Shown piece by piece: positions 23,490-35,403 of a stretch of 64,000 bases of DNA (position 1 is its first letter; each line of letters opens with the position of its first letter). Under the pieces are notes generated by a model. That model was given only the letters and a program-made list of their open reading frames with translations, ran no database searches and was not told the DNA's origin. Source of the DNA: Babesia bigemina (Eukaryota). The DNA lies in the NCBI RefSeq assembly GCF_000981445.1, contig NC_027220.1, positions 1 to 64,000 on the forward strand, in the 5' to 3' direction. Made by a program: the position numbers and the translations under genes.

Positions 23490-24036
23490 ATGTTGCGGTC
23501 GCTGTCTTCCATCCGCCGCCCGGTACCGTTAATGGGCTGTAATTCGGTTCCACAGTCACCACAGCGACAACTCGTGCAAGTCCACGGCACATTCATGTAC
23601 AGAGGGCTACGACAAATCTAAAACATTAGGCTATGGGCGCTAAATTGCATCAGGGCTGCACGCCCAACGCAGAGGTACGACCTCTGGTCCGAGTGTGTTG
23701 TAAAACACGCCACCATGTGGCAACGCACCTGCGTGATCCCCCACTAGATACATATACGTGTTTGCGATATACTCGACAGTACAGCCTGTTAACGGCGGCG
23801 TCGCACGGTCCGTGACTGAATGTTGGCGATTGCAAAATGCCACACCCTCCTTGTTGTCCGACTTCACCCTCCGTATCCGATTCCAATTGTTACAGTTATA
23901 TGTGATGATTCCATACGCCCTTGTTCGTGTGTACAAAAGGCGTGGATTCAAAACTACACCCAGTCGGTTTCTTCTCAGCTTACCTCGGACGTGCTACTAT
24001 GTGGGTTCTACCTTTGAGCTACATTACAGGAACTAA
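23490..24036 (+). CDS. Small spliced protein with mitochondrial-presequence-like N-terminus and one TM segment (manual model)
   Basis: Exons 23490-23596, 23630-23674, 23748-23778 and 23896-24036, separated by GT-AG introns of 33, 73 and 117 nt. They read in frame as MLRSLSSIRRPVPLMG...LWALNCIRAARPTQRYIYVFAIYSTLYVMIPYALVRVYKRRGFK...HYRN. Confidence 0.45.
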
Positions 24037-24176
24037 TATTGAATGTAGACCCCAAATGATCATTTAATACAACATCTACTCGTGTGCAATTACGCTTAGC
24101 ATCCCAATCGAACGGCAAATCCAGGAACGTGCCGTCGCTTTATGCCACCCTAGAGAACTTAGGTCGTAAAAGGCCC

Positions 24177-27100
24177 TTATTCTATTCTTAGAGGCAGCTC
24201 AGCAATTCGCCTCTTCTCGTTTGGCAGTACAACGTAAACAAACTCGTGAGTTTCGTTAGACTCCTTTATGACGGAGAGCTTGTTGGCAATATTCTGCATC
24301 GCCTCCTCACGAGTCTGTATGAGCGTATCAAGCTCGCGATATTTGAGTCTCCGTATGAAATGTGACAGTGCGAAGGTATCCTTCACTTTATATACAAATG
24401 CGTCGCGCATTTCGCCTATCTCCACAGCAACCTCTTCCGGCATTTCGTCCTCCAGATCCAGGTCAATGGGCATGATGGGGAAGGAATGACTCCTCAATTT
24501 GTTAACATCCATTGGATGTACGTCCGACACCAGATGTACATGCGTGTTGTTCTGCCTGACGACATAAAGATGATCATCGACCACCTTCACTTCCCCCGCT
24601 TCGTTGGGATATAATATGGGCGCCGCAGTGAATCCGTCGGGCATTACGTCAAGGATCGCGGACCCTAGAGCCGATGATGGGTACGCGTAGTCAACATCCG
24701 TTGCCGGTGTTATCTTCCAGATACCGTCCACCATGTTCGCGATCGAAGAGCGGCAAGTGAGGATCCTTGTGACGTTGTCAATCATGAAAGTGTAGACGTG
24801 TGCCTTGGAAGGGGTTTTGGCACGTTCGGGTACAAGCACCGATTTGATGACATACTGCTGTGCATTCTTGTCCCTGATACCGCCATTGTAGTTGAGGTAT
24901 TCTGCGTATTCCGTGAACCTGCGATGCTCGATCGTGTAGTTTCCGTTGTGTCCATAGACTACGGTCTCGTTCTTTGGTCCCCTCTTCCAATGTGGTTCGT
25001 ACTCCATGTTGTCATAGCCGATGACGAATTTCATCTGCAACCTGTCCCTGACTGTAGTCTTTGGGTATCGTATCGGTATCGCAAAGAAAAGCATGCCGCT
25101 CTCAACTCCTTCACCAACGTATACAGCTACAGTGGGATACTCCGATGGGTCGATGAGTGAGGTCCCCTGCATGCTTTGCAAGTGCACTCTAAGCGCGACG
25201 CGGTCATGGTACAACAAAGTGGTGAACATGTACGGCACATCAGTTGCGGGGACGATACTGCCTCTGACGGGTAGGTATTGGTAGTCGTTCTTGAGGTATT
25301 CTTTGAAATAATACGCTTTACCAACTTTTCCATATATGGAGAGTCTTTCCCAAGAGGCGACTGAAGTCTTATGAACGTAGAATATCTCTGTAGGGGGAGG
25401 AGCATCGCCATCCTCCTCGCCTAGCTCCATCCCTTCCAACTCATACCCATGGATGCCGGTGATAAGGTGCGTCGGAGTGAAGGTCGGGTGCACGTTGTAG
25501 TACAACCCTTGCGGCTGCGAAAGATTGATTACCTGAATCTCCTCCCTCTGCCTGAGTTCATTTAGTTGTAAGATAATCGGCAATCTTGGCATTCCGCTGG
25601 CTCCGATGAACGCGGCGTCATACGGGTGCAAGCGGTAGTCATCCGGATTTTCGACCTTTGCAAAGCTCAACGCATACCAGTGAGGAGTCAATTCCACTAT
25701 CGTGGTTGCATCCTCAGGGTGCACTGCGCAACTTTCCGTTCTATCGAGGGGTATATTAAGATGGACTTTTGAAATGTTTTTCACGGGGTATATGAATTTC
25801 TGCTTCACCACGCCTGTATACTGGTATACCCCATCCACCATCTTGGTTTCGGTCGTCACGCAGTATAATACCGTCTTTAGGAAATCGTACAAAAAGAAAT
25901 AGATGACTGCCTTGTCTCTTTCTCCGCGCACTGGCACCACTGTTCCCTGAATGACTCTGTGTATTCGGCCGTCGAATGTGACGGTTTTGATATCACTGAT
26001 ATCGCTGAATGCAGGTGCCGTTGCAGGTAGGAATCTTTCTGTTGCATTGTCCAGTGATAACGCGTTGTATGCGACATTAGCGTTTTCGAAATTATGCAGA
26101 ACAAGCCTGCCACGATGCGAGTGGAAAGACAAATGCAGCCTATCCTTTACGTCCGATCCCGGGTACTTGATAGGCAAGACAACTCTGAAGGAAGTCTGTA
26201 TACCAATTCCGCGATGCATTAATAACGCGGCTGACTCCGTTTCGTCAATCAGCGAAGTTCCGTCCAAGGACTGCAGATTAGATCTGAAGGCAAGTGCCCC
26301 GCTATATGTGATATAGTCCAGCCCATACGGCGGCGAGTCAGCTGCACGAGATGGATAATCTATAAGCTTGAACTCGCTCGCGTCGTCAGCTTTGAAGTAC
26401 TTCATGTAGCGGTTGCCTCCACCTCTGATGTACTGTAGGTTTACATATTCCTCTTCACCCCTTCTAATGAGCTCGACGTCCATAATCGCATCTTCTGGAC
26501 GATAGAGTGTCCCCTCATCCGTTGTGACCTTAAATCGCAGGCCTTTGTACGCGATTTCGCTGATGAAGTGCGTATGACGGAATTGCCACTTAACATCATA
26601 GTATTGCGTTCTGTGGGATGTGAATACAACTTGTATTTCCGGCGGTAACGGTTGCACCAAGTCGAGTATGACGGCTGCCCTCGGCATGTCATCAATCTTT
26701 ACAACTGGAATGGCATCGCCCTGTACATCAATCTCCGAATATTTGCCATCTCTGTTGAGATTGACGGCATAGTAGTTCTTCGCGCTCAGTTCCCGCACTA
26801 TCCCACCAGATTCCGGGTATAGTACGGGCTCAACAGTATGATTAGCCGGCATGAAGAAAGCCACATGTGCGACATTTGCGGCGGGCACATGGAACCTGTC
26901 AACTGGGACCGGCTTGAGCAACCAGCGGCCTCGCTGCAACGTTGCGCTCTGCACATTGGCGAATACAGTTGAATTCATGGGCCAGTAAATGAAACTGTAA
27001 ACGTCCGCATGTTTAACCTCATCTTTGTGTGGCACTACTATAACCTTCAGCAAGATGAGTTTTTCCCATAACAGCTTTCTCATATGCGTCCCCACCAGAG

Positions 27101-30100
27101 TTCTGAAGTGTTCACCTACAGCTGGCGCTATGTATGGTTTTCCTTGTTCATCGTATCTTACAACTCGCCCGTTTGACTTTCCAGGTATATTTTCGTGCAC
27201 AAACTTTCCATTAGTGACGACGAAAGCTATATCGATCAGGTCTTTGACTTCCAAGTCCGGCAGTTTGATCGGCAATGCCAACCTGAGTTTGGGGTGGTTT
27301 TGTTCGTCTCCGACGAAAGCCAATATGCTGGGCCTTCTGCTCGGATCCAACAAGGACTGCCCTTTCTCGTTCTCTAGTGTAACATTGACCGCGAGCCTAT
27401 CTCCATACAGCACAGAAGTAATCATGGTAGGCAGGTCCTCCTGTAATTGCTTGCATCCAATTTGCTCAACGAAGACTCCGTCTGGCAGCTGCCTGTAGAA
27501 GCACGTCAACTTGGGAACACCGCTTTTCATGTACTTAATGTGCACAGTCTCCTCCTTGCCATTGTTTACCACCCTGACGGAATTGATTGCGGTCGTTTCC
27601 CCGTGATCCTGCTCTTCCTCATCCATTTTGTAATAAAGCCCGTTGTAAACCAGCGTTTCTATGTAGTGCGTGGGCCCGAAGTCGGTCTTCACTGCGTAAT
27701 ACTTAGTTTCGCCATTTCTCCATTGCATGGACTTTATTTCGTGTTGTATGGGTTGCTGCAGATTGAGTTCGATCGCTGTTTTGGGCATGCCTGACATGTG
27801 TATCCACAACAGATCGGTAAACCGTATATCCGATATGGCGAATTTCCCATCTTTGAGCAGGTTAATGGTGAATATATTGGTCTGCTTGACTCTGCGGACG
27901 CGTCCGGCTTCCTGCGGGTACACGGCAGGCATGCTATTGACATCGGGTATCACCAGCGTCACCGGGTGATAGTTAACACAGGGATATTGGAATGTGTCCG
28001 TCGCACTTACCTTAGTTCCAGTCGCTGGGTCTACTCTGAATGAGTAGTCTTGATGTCCGGCTTGCCATACACCGTATATACTTACGAACGGGCGCACGGT
28101 ACAGATGAGCGCCGCACGTTCTTGATCGTATATGAAGGTGTAGAGCAATAGTTTATCCTCGTCGTCCTGCTCATGCACCATGATGTGCTGTATGATTCTG
28201 TCATGTTTTTCGCTCGTGGCGGATACATGCGGCGCCATCGAGGGATCGATTTCCGCAGTCTTGAGGACTGCACCCTGGGGCCCACTGCTGACCCTGAAGG
28301 CTAGTTCTTTGGCAGGCTCCACCTTGATGACGTTGTTTTCACAGGTCAATTTGAGCTGCAGCCTGTGGTAGAAATCGACATTGGGTATGACTATGGGGAC
28401 TAGGTATGTCATGGACCAGGAGTGTTGGTTGCCATTGAGGTGCACCACAATGCTTGGGCTGACGTTATGATCGATTAGCGACAGCCCCTTGTCGTTTTGC
28501 AACATGAGCTTGAGTACTAGGATGCCTTTGTACATAACGTTATCCAGCAGATACGGTCTATCCTGCCCGGGCATCATGGCCCCCAATGTCTGCGTAAAGC
28601 CATAGGCCTCTTCCGTCTTGAGATACTGCTCGAAGTGCGGCCTACCTTCTCTGGAGAACTCGATGTCGATTTTCTTCCAGCCAGGCAGTGTGTAGTGCGT
28701 GACTCCTGTAATGTAGTCAGGCGATTGTTCCATTTCGACGTCATTTTCGTACAGGGTGTATCTGAAATCCTCGCACGCGACTCGCTTGAAGCGGTTTTCG
28801 TGCCGATACTCCTCCGCGACCGTGTAGTAGTGGATTGTGTTGTCTGGGACGAGTGTGACCTGCGTGACCTCTGGAGGCACGTTTTGTCCCAGTGCAAGGG
28901 TGATGGGATCCGTGTTCAGTGGTGCCGATGTTTTTAATTCATGAGCAGAGTCTACTTTGGCGTTTATGCGTGTCTCAATCTCCCACGTCGGGACTCGATG
29001 ATCAGGTCTGTGTCGATTGTCGATTTGTATTTTATCAACATAGTAGGTCTGCTCATCGTTATACTCATGGGCGAACTTGAAGTCCTGTGGGTAGAGTCGT
29101 GGCCTCAATTTCCCAACCTGCGGCAGCACCACTTGCGCCGATAAAAAGCCCGTGCTGGGCAGGTCGTAGCGTTCCACGATGCTACTTCCCACTGCCCAGG
29201 CTCCCTTCTTGAACAAAGCCTCGACCACCACACATGAGACAACCGAGACGAGCTCGTTGTATACGACGAGATAGACCTTGGCTATGTTGGGATTCTGCTT
29301 GTCGACGACGAAGAGGTGTCGCAATATATGATGCCTTTCGTCGTATAAGAAGAGGTACTTGGTTCTGTGCAAGTGTTCGAATTCTTCGCCCTCTGCAGCC
29401 ACCAATCCGTATGCGCCATCCTTGTAGGCAGCCTTCTTGACGAATACATCCCTGGTAGTGTTGGGCAGGCTGAACGCATCGCCGTGAACCTCGAAGTCGA
29501 CGTAGACAACATCGGTTAGCCTCTCGTCTGGTATGCTGTACTCAAACTTCCATGTTATTACGGTGGTGTTTCTTTCGCCGGGCGCCCTGGGCACCGAAAC
29601 CTGTACATGGTGCGTGGGTGTTACGAGCGATACTCCCGTGGCACTCTGCATCATCATTTTGGCGATTAGCCGTGTTTCCAACATCAGCGTATCCATGTGC
29701 ACGAGCTCGCCGTGGAAGTGCTGTTTTGCCTCCCTCGAATTGACGTATGCCATCTCCGCGTTGCGCCTGATGTACTCCTCGAAGTGGACCTTACCCTGCT
29801 TCCTGTAGTGAACCGAGATCATGGAACAACAATCGCACTTCTGGTAGCGCACATACATGATCCCATCATTTGGTAACCCTTCCGTGGCTTCTGGAGGGTT
29901 GATTGTGACGTTTATGTTTCTGTGTATGAGCTGGTTGATGTAGTGTGTGTCCTTGAACGAGTTCCTGATTCTGTATAGAGTTACGTATCCGGGCCTCTGA
30001 TTGATGATATCAATGGCGTAGTGCTTTGGTCTTATGATGCGATCTAGAACCACTGGCTTCTTTGTAATGGTAGTGGGTTGCTCCTTACTTGCGAATGTGA

Positions 30101-30245
30101 ACACCTCCGAGACCTTGACCGGCGGCTGTACATGAATCCAGAAGCTGGGGTGTATCATTAGGTAACCTGTAATGATGGCGATGGTCACCAGTAAGAAGCC
30201 GGCGGAGATGCCTCCGATGGTGCGGCAATGTCTGAAATTCGTCAT
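24177..30245 (-). CDS. 2022-aa hypothetical protein with N-terminal signal anchor and ~5.5 divergent ~370-aa repeats
   Basis: Single long ORF with a hydrophobic segment IGGISAGFLLVTIAIITGYLMI near the N-terminus. A recurring motif '(L/M)Q/E...G.SL(I/L/V)D' occurs near 29635, 28480, 27355, 26250 and 25158. Confidence 0.85.
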   Translation of the reverse strand: MTNFRHCRTIGGISAGFLLVTIAIITGYLMIHPSFWIHVQPPVKVSEVFTFASKEQPTTITKKPVVLDRIIRPKHYAIDIINQRPGYVTLYRIRNSFKDTHYINQLIHRNINVTINPPEATEGLPNDGIMYVRYQKCDCCSMISVHYRKQGKVHFEEYIRRNAEMAYVNSREAKQHFHGELVHMDTLMLETRLIAKMMMQSATGVSLVTPTHHVQVSVPRAPGERNTTVITWKFEYSIPDERLTDVVYVDFEVHGDAFSLPNTTRDVFVKKAAYKDGAYGLVAAEGEEFEHLHRTKYLFLYDERHHILRHLFVVDKQNPNIAKVYLVVYNELVSVVSCVVVEALFKKGAWAVGSSIVERYDLPSTGFLSAQVVLPQVGKLRPRLYPQDFKFAHEYNDEQTYYVDKIQIDNRHRPDHRVPTWEIETRINAKVDSAHELKTSAPLNTDPITLALGQNVPPEVTQVTLVPDNTIHYYTVAEEYRHENRFKRVACEDFRYTLYENDVEMEQSPDYITGVTHYTLPGWKKIDIEFSREGRPHFEQYLKTEEAYGFTQTLGAMMPGQDRPYLLDNVMYKGILVLKLMLQNDKGLSLIDHNVSPSIVVHLNGNQHSWSMTYLVPIVIPNVDFYHRLQLKLTCENNVIKVEPAKELAFRVSSGPQGAVLKTAEIDPSMAPHVSATSEKHDRIIQHIMVHEQDDEDKLLLYTFIYDQERAALICTVRPFVSIYGVWQAGHQDYSFRVDPATGTKVSATDTFQYPCVNYHPVTLVIPDVNSMPAVYPQEAGRVRRVKQTNIFTINLLKDGKFAISDIRFTDLLWIHMSGMPKTAIELNLQQPIQHEIKSMQWRNGETKYYAVKTDFGPTHYIETLVYNGLYYKMDEEEQDHGETTAINSVRVVNNGKEETVHIKYMKSGVPKLTCFYRQLPDGVFVEQIGCKQLQEDLPTMITSVLYGDRLAVNVTLENEKGQSLLDPSRRPSILAFVGDEQNHPKLRLALPIKLPDLEVKDLIDIAFVVTNGKFVHENIPGKSNGRVVRYDEQGKPYIAPAVGEHFRTLVGTHMRKLLWEKLILLKVIVVPHKDEVKHADVYSFIYWPMNSTVFANVQSATLQRGRWLLKPVPVDRFHVPAANVAHVAFFMPANHTVEPVLYPESGGIVRELSAKNYYAVNLNRDGKYSEIDVQGDAIPVVKIDDMPRAAVILDLVQPLPPEIQVVFTSHRTQYYDVKWQFRHTHFISEIAYKGLRFKVTTDEGTLYRPEDAIMDVELIRRGEEEYVNLQYIRGGGNRYMKYFKADDASEFKLIDYPSRAADSPPYGLDYITYSGALAFRSNLQSLDGTSLIDETESAALLMHRGIGIQTSFRVVLPIKYPGSDVKDRLHLSFHSHRGRLVLHNFENANVAYNALSLDNATERFLPATAPAFSDISDIKTVTFDGRIHRVIQGTVVPVRGERDKAVIYFFLYDFLKTVLYCVTTETKMVDGVYQYTGVVKQKFIYPVKNISKVHLNIPLDRTESCAVHPEDATTIVELTPHWYALSFAKVENPDDYRLHPYDAAFIGASGMPRLPIILQLNELRQREEIQVINLSQPQGLYYNVHPTFTPTHLITGIHGYELEGMELGEEDGDAPPPTEIFYVHKTSVASWERLSIYGKVGKAYYFKEYLKNDYQYLPVRGSIVPATDVPYMFTTLLYHDRVALRVHLQSMQGTSLIDPSEYPTVAVYVGEGVESGMLFFAIPIRYPKTTVRDRLQMKFVIGYDNMEYEPHWKRGPKNETVVYGHNGNYTIEHRRFTEYAEYLNYNGGIRDKNAQQYVIKSVLVPERAKTPSKAHVYTFMIDNVTRILTCRSSIANMVDGIWKITPATDVDYAYPSSALGSAILDVMPDGFTAAPILYPNEAGEVKVVDDHLYVVRQNNTHVHLVSDVHPMDVNKLRSHSFPIMPIDLDLEDEMPEEVAVEIGEMRDAFVYKVKDTFALSHFIRRLKYRELDTLIQTREEAMQNIANKLSVIKESNETHEFVYVVLPNEKRRIAELPLRIE

Positions 30246-30984
30246 TGCGTAGTTCCTTTTACGATGTGTAACGGGTTAACCCTGGGGAATCATGGTTACA
30301 TCCATATATAAGGTCCGTAGACGGCTTTGCTCGTATGCAAACGGCAACGACTACTCCCTGTCTACCTTCGCTGCATTCCAATTTGCCATGGTACTCAGCG
30401 ACTGCATCCTCGTCAGCTGCTGCCATCCTCCAGGTAGGCACAACCGGTCCGAAACAATCCCCGCGCCTCCTAGGCAGCGCTTCATTTATATACACTTACT
30501 ATTTTTTCACTAACGTGTCTCGCGTCACGCACCTTGCAGGAGCGCTCGACTGTCTGGGGCAGTCACTGCAATTCCGCTCGATGTGCCATCATCAGCTCCT
30601 TACGAGAGGTTTTGCAACAACATTTCTGTCTGTGCGATGCATGAAAACGGATTTATGTGCTTTTCGCAAGGGGCTAATAGATACTGCTATTACACTGCGT
30701 GCGGTGTGTAAGCTGTGTAACACTGAAATTCGCATCGTTTATCACGTTTGGTCTCGAAAGAGTCCCATAATCTACTTGTGGTTTTAGCGCTGTGTGTGAG
30801 TGTAACATTAGGCGCTGTCTGAGCTTCACTCGCTGCCTTCTCCGTACCAGCCGTCTATCGTGCAGGCACGCCCGGTTTTCACCTACCCACGGCAGTGTGA
30901 ATAATTCTGTACATTCAAGCAGCACGAATACATTGCTGCCAATTGGACACGCTTTGCGTTAGGCGTGTGGGATACGCGTCGGAC

Positions 30985-31821
<837 letters not shown>

Positions 31822-32449
31822 ATGTGCGGCAGGCGTCGGGTAAATTCGGCTTTGGACCTTTACGCCGTTGCGTCACCAAAAGCCGCCATACTACTTGCAC
31901 CGTCCTCCCATTTCACATAACCTCCGTACTTCATATTAAAAAAGTTTGAATCGTTTACAGCAAGTGTTATACCACTCTGTTCTATCTGTACGGGGGTTGC
32001 TGTGGTCGGCTGTTTTCTACGATTTTGATGACAGACATGACCATTGTATGGGTATCGTCGCTATGACGCTACGAAACTGCATAAAATTTGAGCATCACAT
32101 CACAATCGATGCTTTTGATGATATTTGATGATCTTTTTTGCAAACATTTTTGTTTTACCTTCTGCCAACGTCATTGGAGCAATTGAATGTTCGGGGAAAG
32201 CTTAAACGCTCTAAAAACAGAGCTGTTTCGCTACAATTGAAAATTAATAATACAACTATTTTAATGTGTATACCGTAAATAAGCACAGTTCCTGCAACCG
32301 TGTTGGTCGTAGGTTGTGCAATCGCCCTAGCCTTCTACGTCCGTCTATTGTTGAATGGCATTTTACGGCTGACTTTTACTGCAGCCTGTAAATACACTAT
32401 CGCACAAACGGCCTTGGAGTCTTATATTTGACTAAGGTGTGCATCTGCA

Positions 32450-34492
32450 ATGCAGTTAATAGAAATGGAAGTGGACCGAATCGGTGTACCTTTATCGTAC
32501 GCCGTGTCGAAGTTATCGCTTCCTCCGTCGCGGTGGACTGATAACGATGAAGAGTGCGACATCTCTGACCTGCATGGTGACATATGTGGGCTATATCTGA
32601 GCACATCGGTAGGTATTATTGTGCCCTGCTGTTGAGCTGTTAGGTGTTTCAATGTGCACCTTATATGTTGCCCCTTTCCTCGCATTTACGCACGTATAGT
32701 TATTTGTCACGCTATACTGTTGTTTATGAGCACATTTGTTTGTAGGTGGTGTTTTGTTGCCCGTCTTCGCCGTCGTCGGTTACCATAGGATCGAAGCTTT
32801 TCCAGCAGCACAAGGTGAGCTTCATCCTCAAATGCCTGATTCATACAGCTACGTATACATGCGCGGTATAACTAGTTGCATATAAAATGGTTGTTGACAT
32901 TTGCCCTTGAGTAACGCTTTAGTTTTCGGCCAGTTAGGTCGGCCATCGTGAAAATTCGATTGTTGCATTTTCTACACCCAATAACTCGCAACTTCTGTTA
33001 CATTCACTGTTCGAGTCGATGTAGTAACTTGTCATAAGTTCATTGATTCTGCTCATTTGGGGTCATCGAATGTTTTTTATTGTACCACTGTGATGCGATT
33101 ATACTCTTGTTTAACTACAGCCGTTTTTGCGTCGAATGTGCGTTGATGTTACCATACAGACCCCAAGTTTACACCTCTCAAGCGTAAGGCTTAGCACCCT
33201 TTGTACTGCCAACTTCATCCGCCGATTTTTGCTGCCGCATCGGCTTCGCGTTCTAAGTGCTGAGGACTTTTCTTACGATGGCTACACCTTCTCGTTGAGC
33301 AGTGACGAGGGTCTGTATTTACAGGTGCGTAGAGTCCAAACCGATGTGTCATGCATCGAAGATGCCAAAGGAACAATGGTCTGCTGTGGGTCTTGCTAAC
33401 ACCACCGAGTTGCACCATCACAAAGGTACGCGAAGGCATTGTTGTTTACGAATTGCGGCGATTCAGATGATTTTGTAACTGTGCGCATGGACGTCACCGA
33501 CCCAGGATATCTGAAGGATGGCTCACGATTATGCGAACGAACCATGGCAGCACTGGATCGGCTGCCTGCGTGTGCCGCTGTGCTGTCGTTCGGCGGTGAT
33601 GCTACCGAAAGTGATGTTGCATCAGTTCGCGCCGATTTGTGTACGGCAGACTGCGCGGTGACAGTGATGGAGCCGAGCGTTTCGACGTACAATGTAAGTG
33701 GTGATCTCCATTGTCTATACGTGCTCAGTGCAGCGGTAAGCAGGAGTCCGCCCTGCTGGACGCGTCCTCCTTACTGTCAGCCGTGAATGAAATATTGGAA
33801 ACTGGCCGTTTGCCCGAGCCTACAGCCATCGCTGCACCTCCTGATGCCGATGATGTTGTTCACGGTCGTTCGTCGCGGGCTCACGACGAGGGTAAGCGCC
33901 GCAAGGTGTTGTCGTCGGAAGGCGAAGAGATCCACATTCCGGATGAGTTTGAGCACTTTTTGAAGCACAAGGAACTTCTGTTCAAGGCACATCGCACGCT
34001 GAGCAATGAGAAGAACCGCAAATTGGAAACCATCCGTAACGTGATGAACGAGCTGTCCAAGGCGGCAGTGCACTTTGTTCCCGAGGAGAACTTCGTTCAA
34101 AAACTTCGTCACGGGGTGGACATGCTGTTGTTCCGCGCGTTGACATCTCGCGGCAACAGGGCCACATCAACTGGGCCTCAGGATAGCGGAACTGAGTATG
34201 TGGTATCTGCGATGAAGGGCACCCTCGTCCCTCCTGAAAAGATGTTTGATATGTTCCGCTCTGCGTGGTATGTACAGCTGCATATTTTCTACTCGAATTT
34301 CATGCAGCGAGCATCTCGGCGCAGAATGCCCGGTCTTCGTTTTATCTGCAACATCAGCTCGATCGCCTCGTCAGAACGCCCATTCTAAGGAGCTGGGTAG
34401 GTTTAGTATCCTAATGTGTTCACGCAGCATGCAGGATCCGCTTTCCGAGACCAGCATCTGTATGTAATATGCTGTTGGGACCCGCCGTCTGA
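32450..34492 (+). CDS. Hypothetical multi-exon protein (structure uncertain)
   Basis: Successive + strand ORF pieces (32450-32635, 33127-33399, 33439-33786, 33711-34388, 34246-34467) are separated by GT-AG intron-like stretches, and 33740-34270 has coding-like composition. No family was recognised. Confidence 0.4.
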
Positions 34493-35022
34493 CATGGCTG
34501 TCATAGTGCTGACATCGCAATAGTGTACCATGGATACAAATGGAACTTTTCCTTCACATAATCGTGACTGAGAGTGCAAAATGCACGTATGATTTGGGCC
34601 TAATGTCATTCTACAAAATGTTGTAAAGCTATTCATGTTACGCGAATATGCGTGTCTTATGCCGTGTATTTGCCTATGTGAATAACGAGTTGCAGCCAAC
34701 ACATTCGTCCTTCCTTATATTCTTAACAATCGTACTCTCATACGCGTGTGAATATGATACTCGTGAGAGTGTAATTTGTGCATTTCACCGGTTATGTGAT
34801 CTAGTTGGCGTGTGTAGGCACCGTGATCCTGCATACTCGCGTCGCGCAGACATGGCCGGAAATACGCCGCAATATCTAAGCAATATTCTCCATAGGTACA
34901 CTATTATTGCGCTGCCATTAATGCGGTTGCCGGCGGCTGTGCGGCAACTGCGGCTTCACGTTTCTCCATCGCAGCTTGTACACGATAAGCAGCTTCGCTG
35001 GGCGGCAGCGCTGATTTTTACA

Positions 35023-35346
35023 ATGTCATGGGCAACCCGGGTTGCCCCGGTCACCTGCGCTGCCTTGCGTCAGCTCCCTGAGCTCTGGACCGGCGCCTTG
35101 GCGCCGATATCGTCGTATCCATCGCAGTTTATCGCAATACACGCGCCTCTTGCAAAGCAAGTGCAGCTTGCACATGGAGGTGATTCGTTACCAACTATTG
35201 GCTCGCCTTCTTGCTACCTGCCACTAGGGGTGTGTACTCCGCTTCTGACAAGGACCTGGGACACGAACATGCGGCGGCGGACCTACCGCAGCCGCAAGCG
35301 GAAGCGCTTCATCCGCGTCGGGGAGCGCATTCTACGCATAAGTTAA
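35023..35346 (+). CDS. Small protein (107 aa) with very basic C-terminal tail; candidate mitoribosomal/RNA-binding protein
   Basis: MSWATRVAPVTCAALRQL...TWDTNMRRRTYRSRKRKRFIRVGERILRIS. The tail uses GC-ending codons typical of real genes here. It is the 3' part of ORF 34648-35346. Confidence 0.5.
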   Translation: MSWATRVAPVTCAALRQLPELWTGALAPISSYPSQFIAIHAPLAKQVQLAHGGDSLPTIGSPSCYLPLGVCTPLLTRTWDTNMRRRTYRSRKRKRFIRVGERILRIS

Positions 35347-35403
35347 GATTGATAACTCGGGTTTTGTCCTAACAGTTGCTGTAGCCGTATGGCTTTTACA
35401 TGT

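Noticed and set aside
32362..32395. Hairpin with CTTTTAC loop resembling U5 snRNA loop 1
   Set aside because: The loop is GACTTTTAC rather than GCCTTTTAC, and no convincing Sm site or second stem was seen.
34648..35022. 5' part of the 232-aa ORF
   Set aside because: Its composition looks non-coding; only the portion from ATG 35023 looks like a gene.
35030..35047. Perfect 18-bp palindrome GGGCAACCCGGGTTGCCC
   Set aside because: It is a single occurrence inside a probable coding region, with no associated repeat or mobile element.
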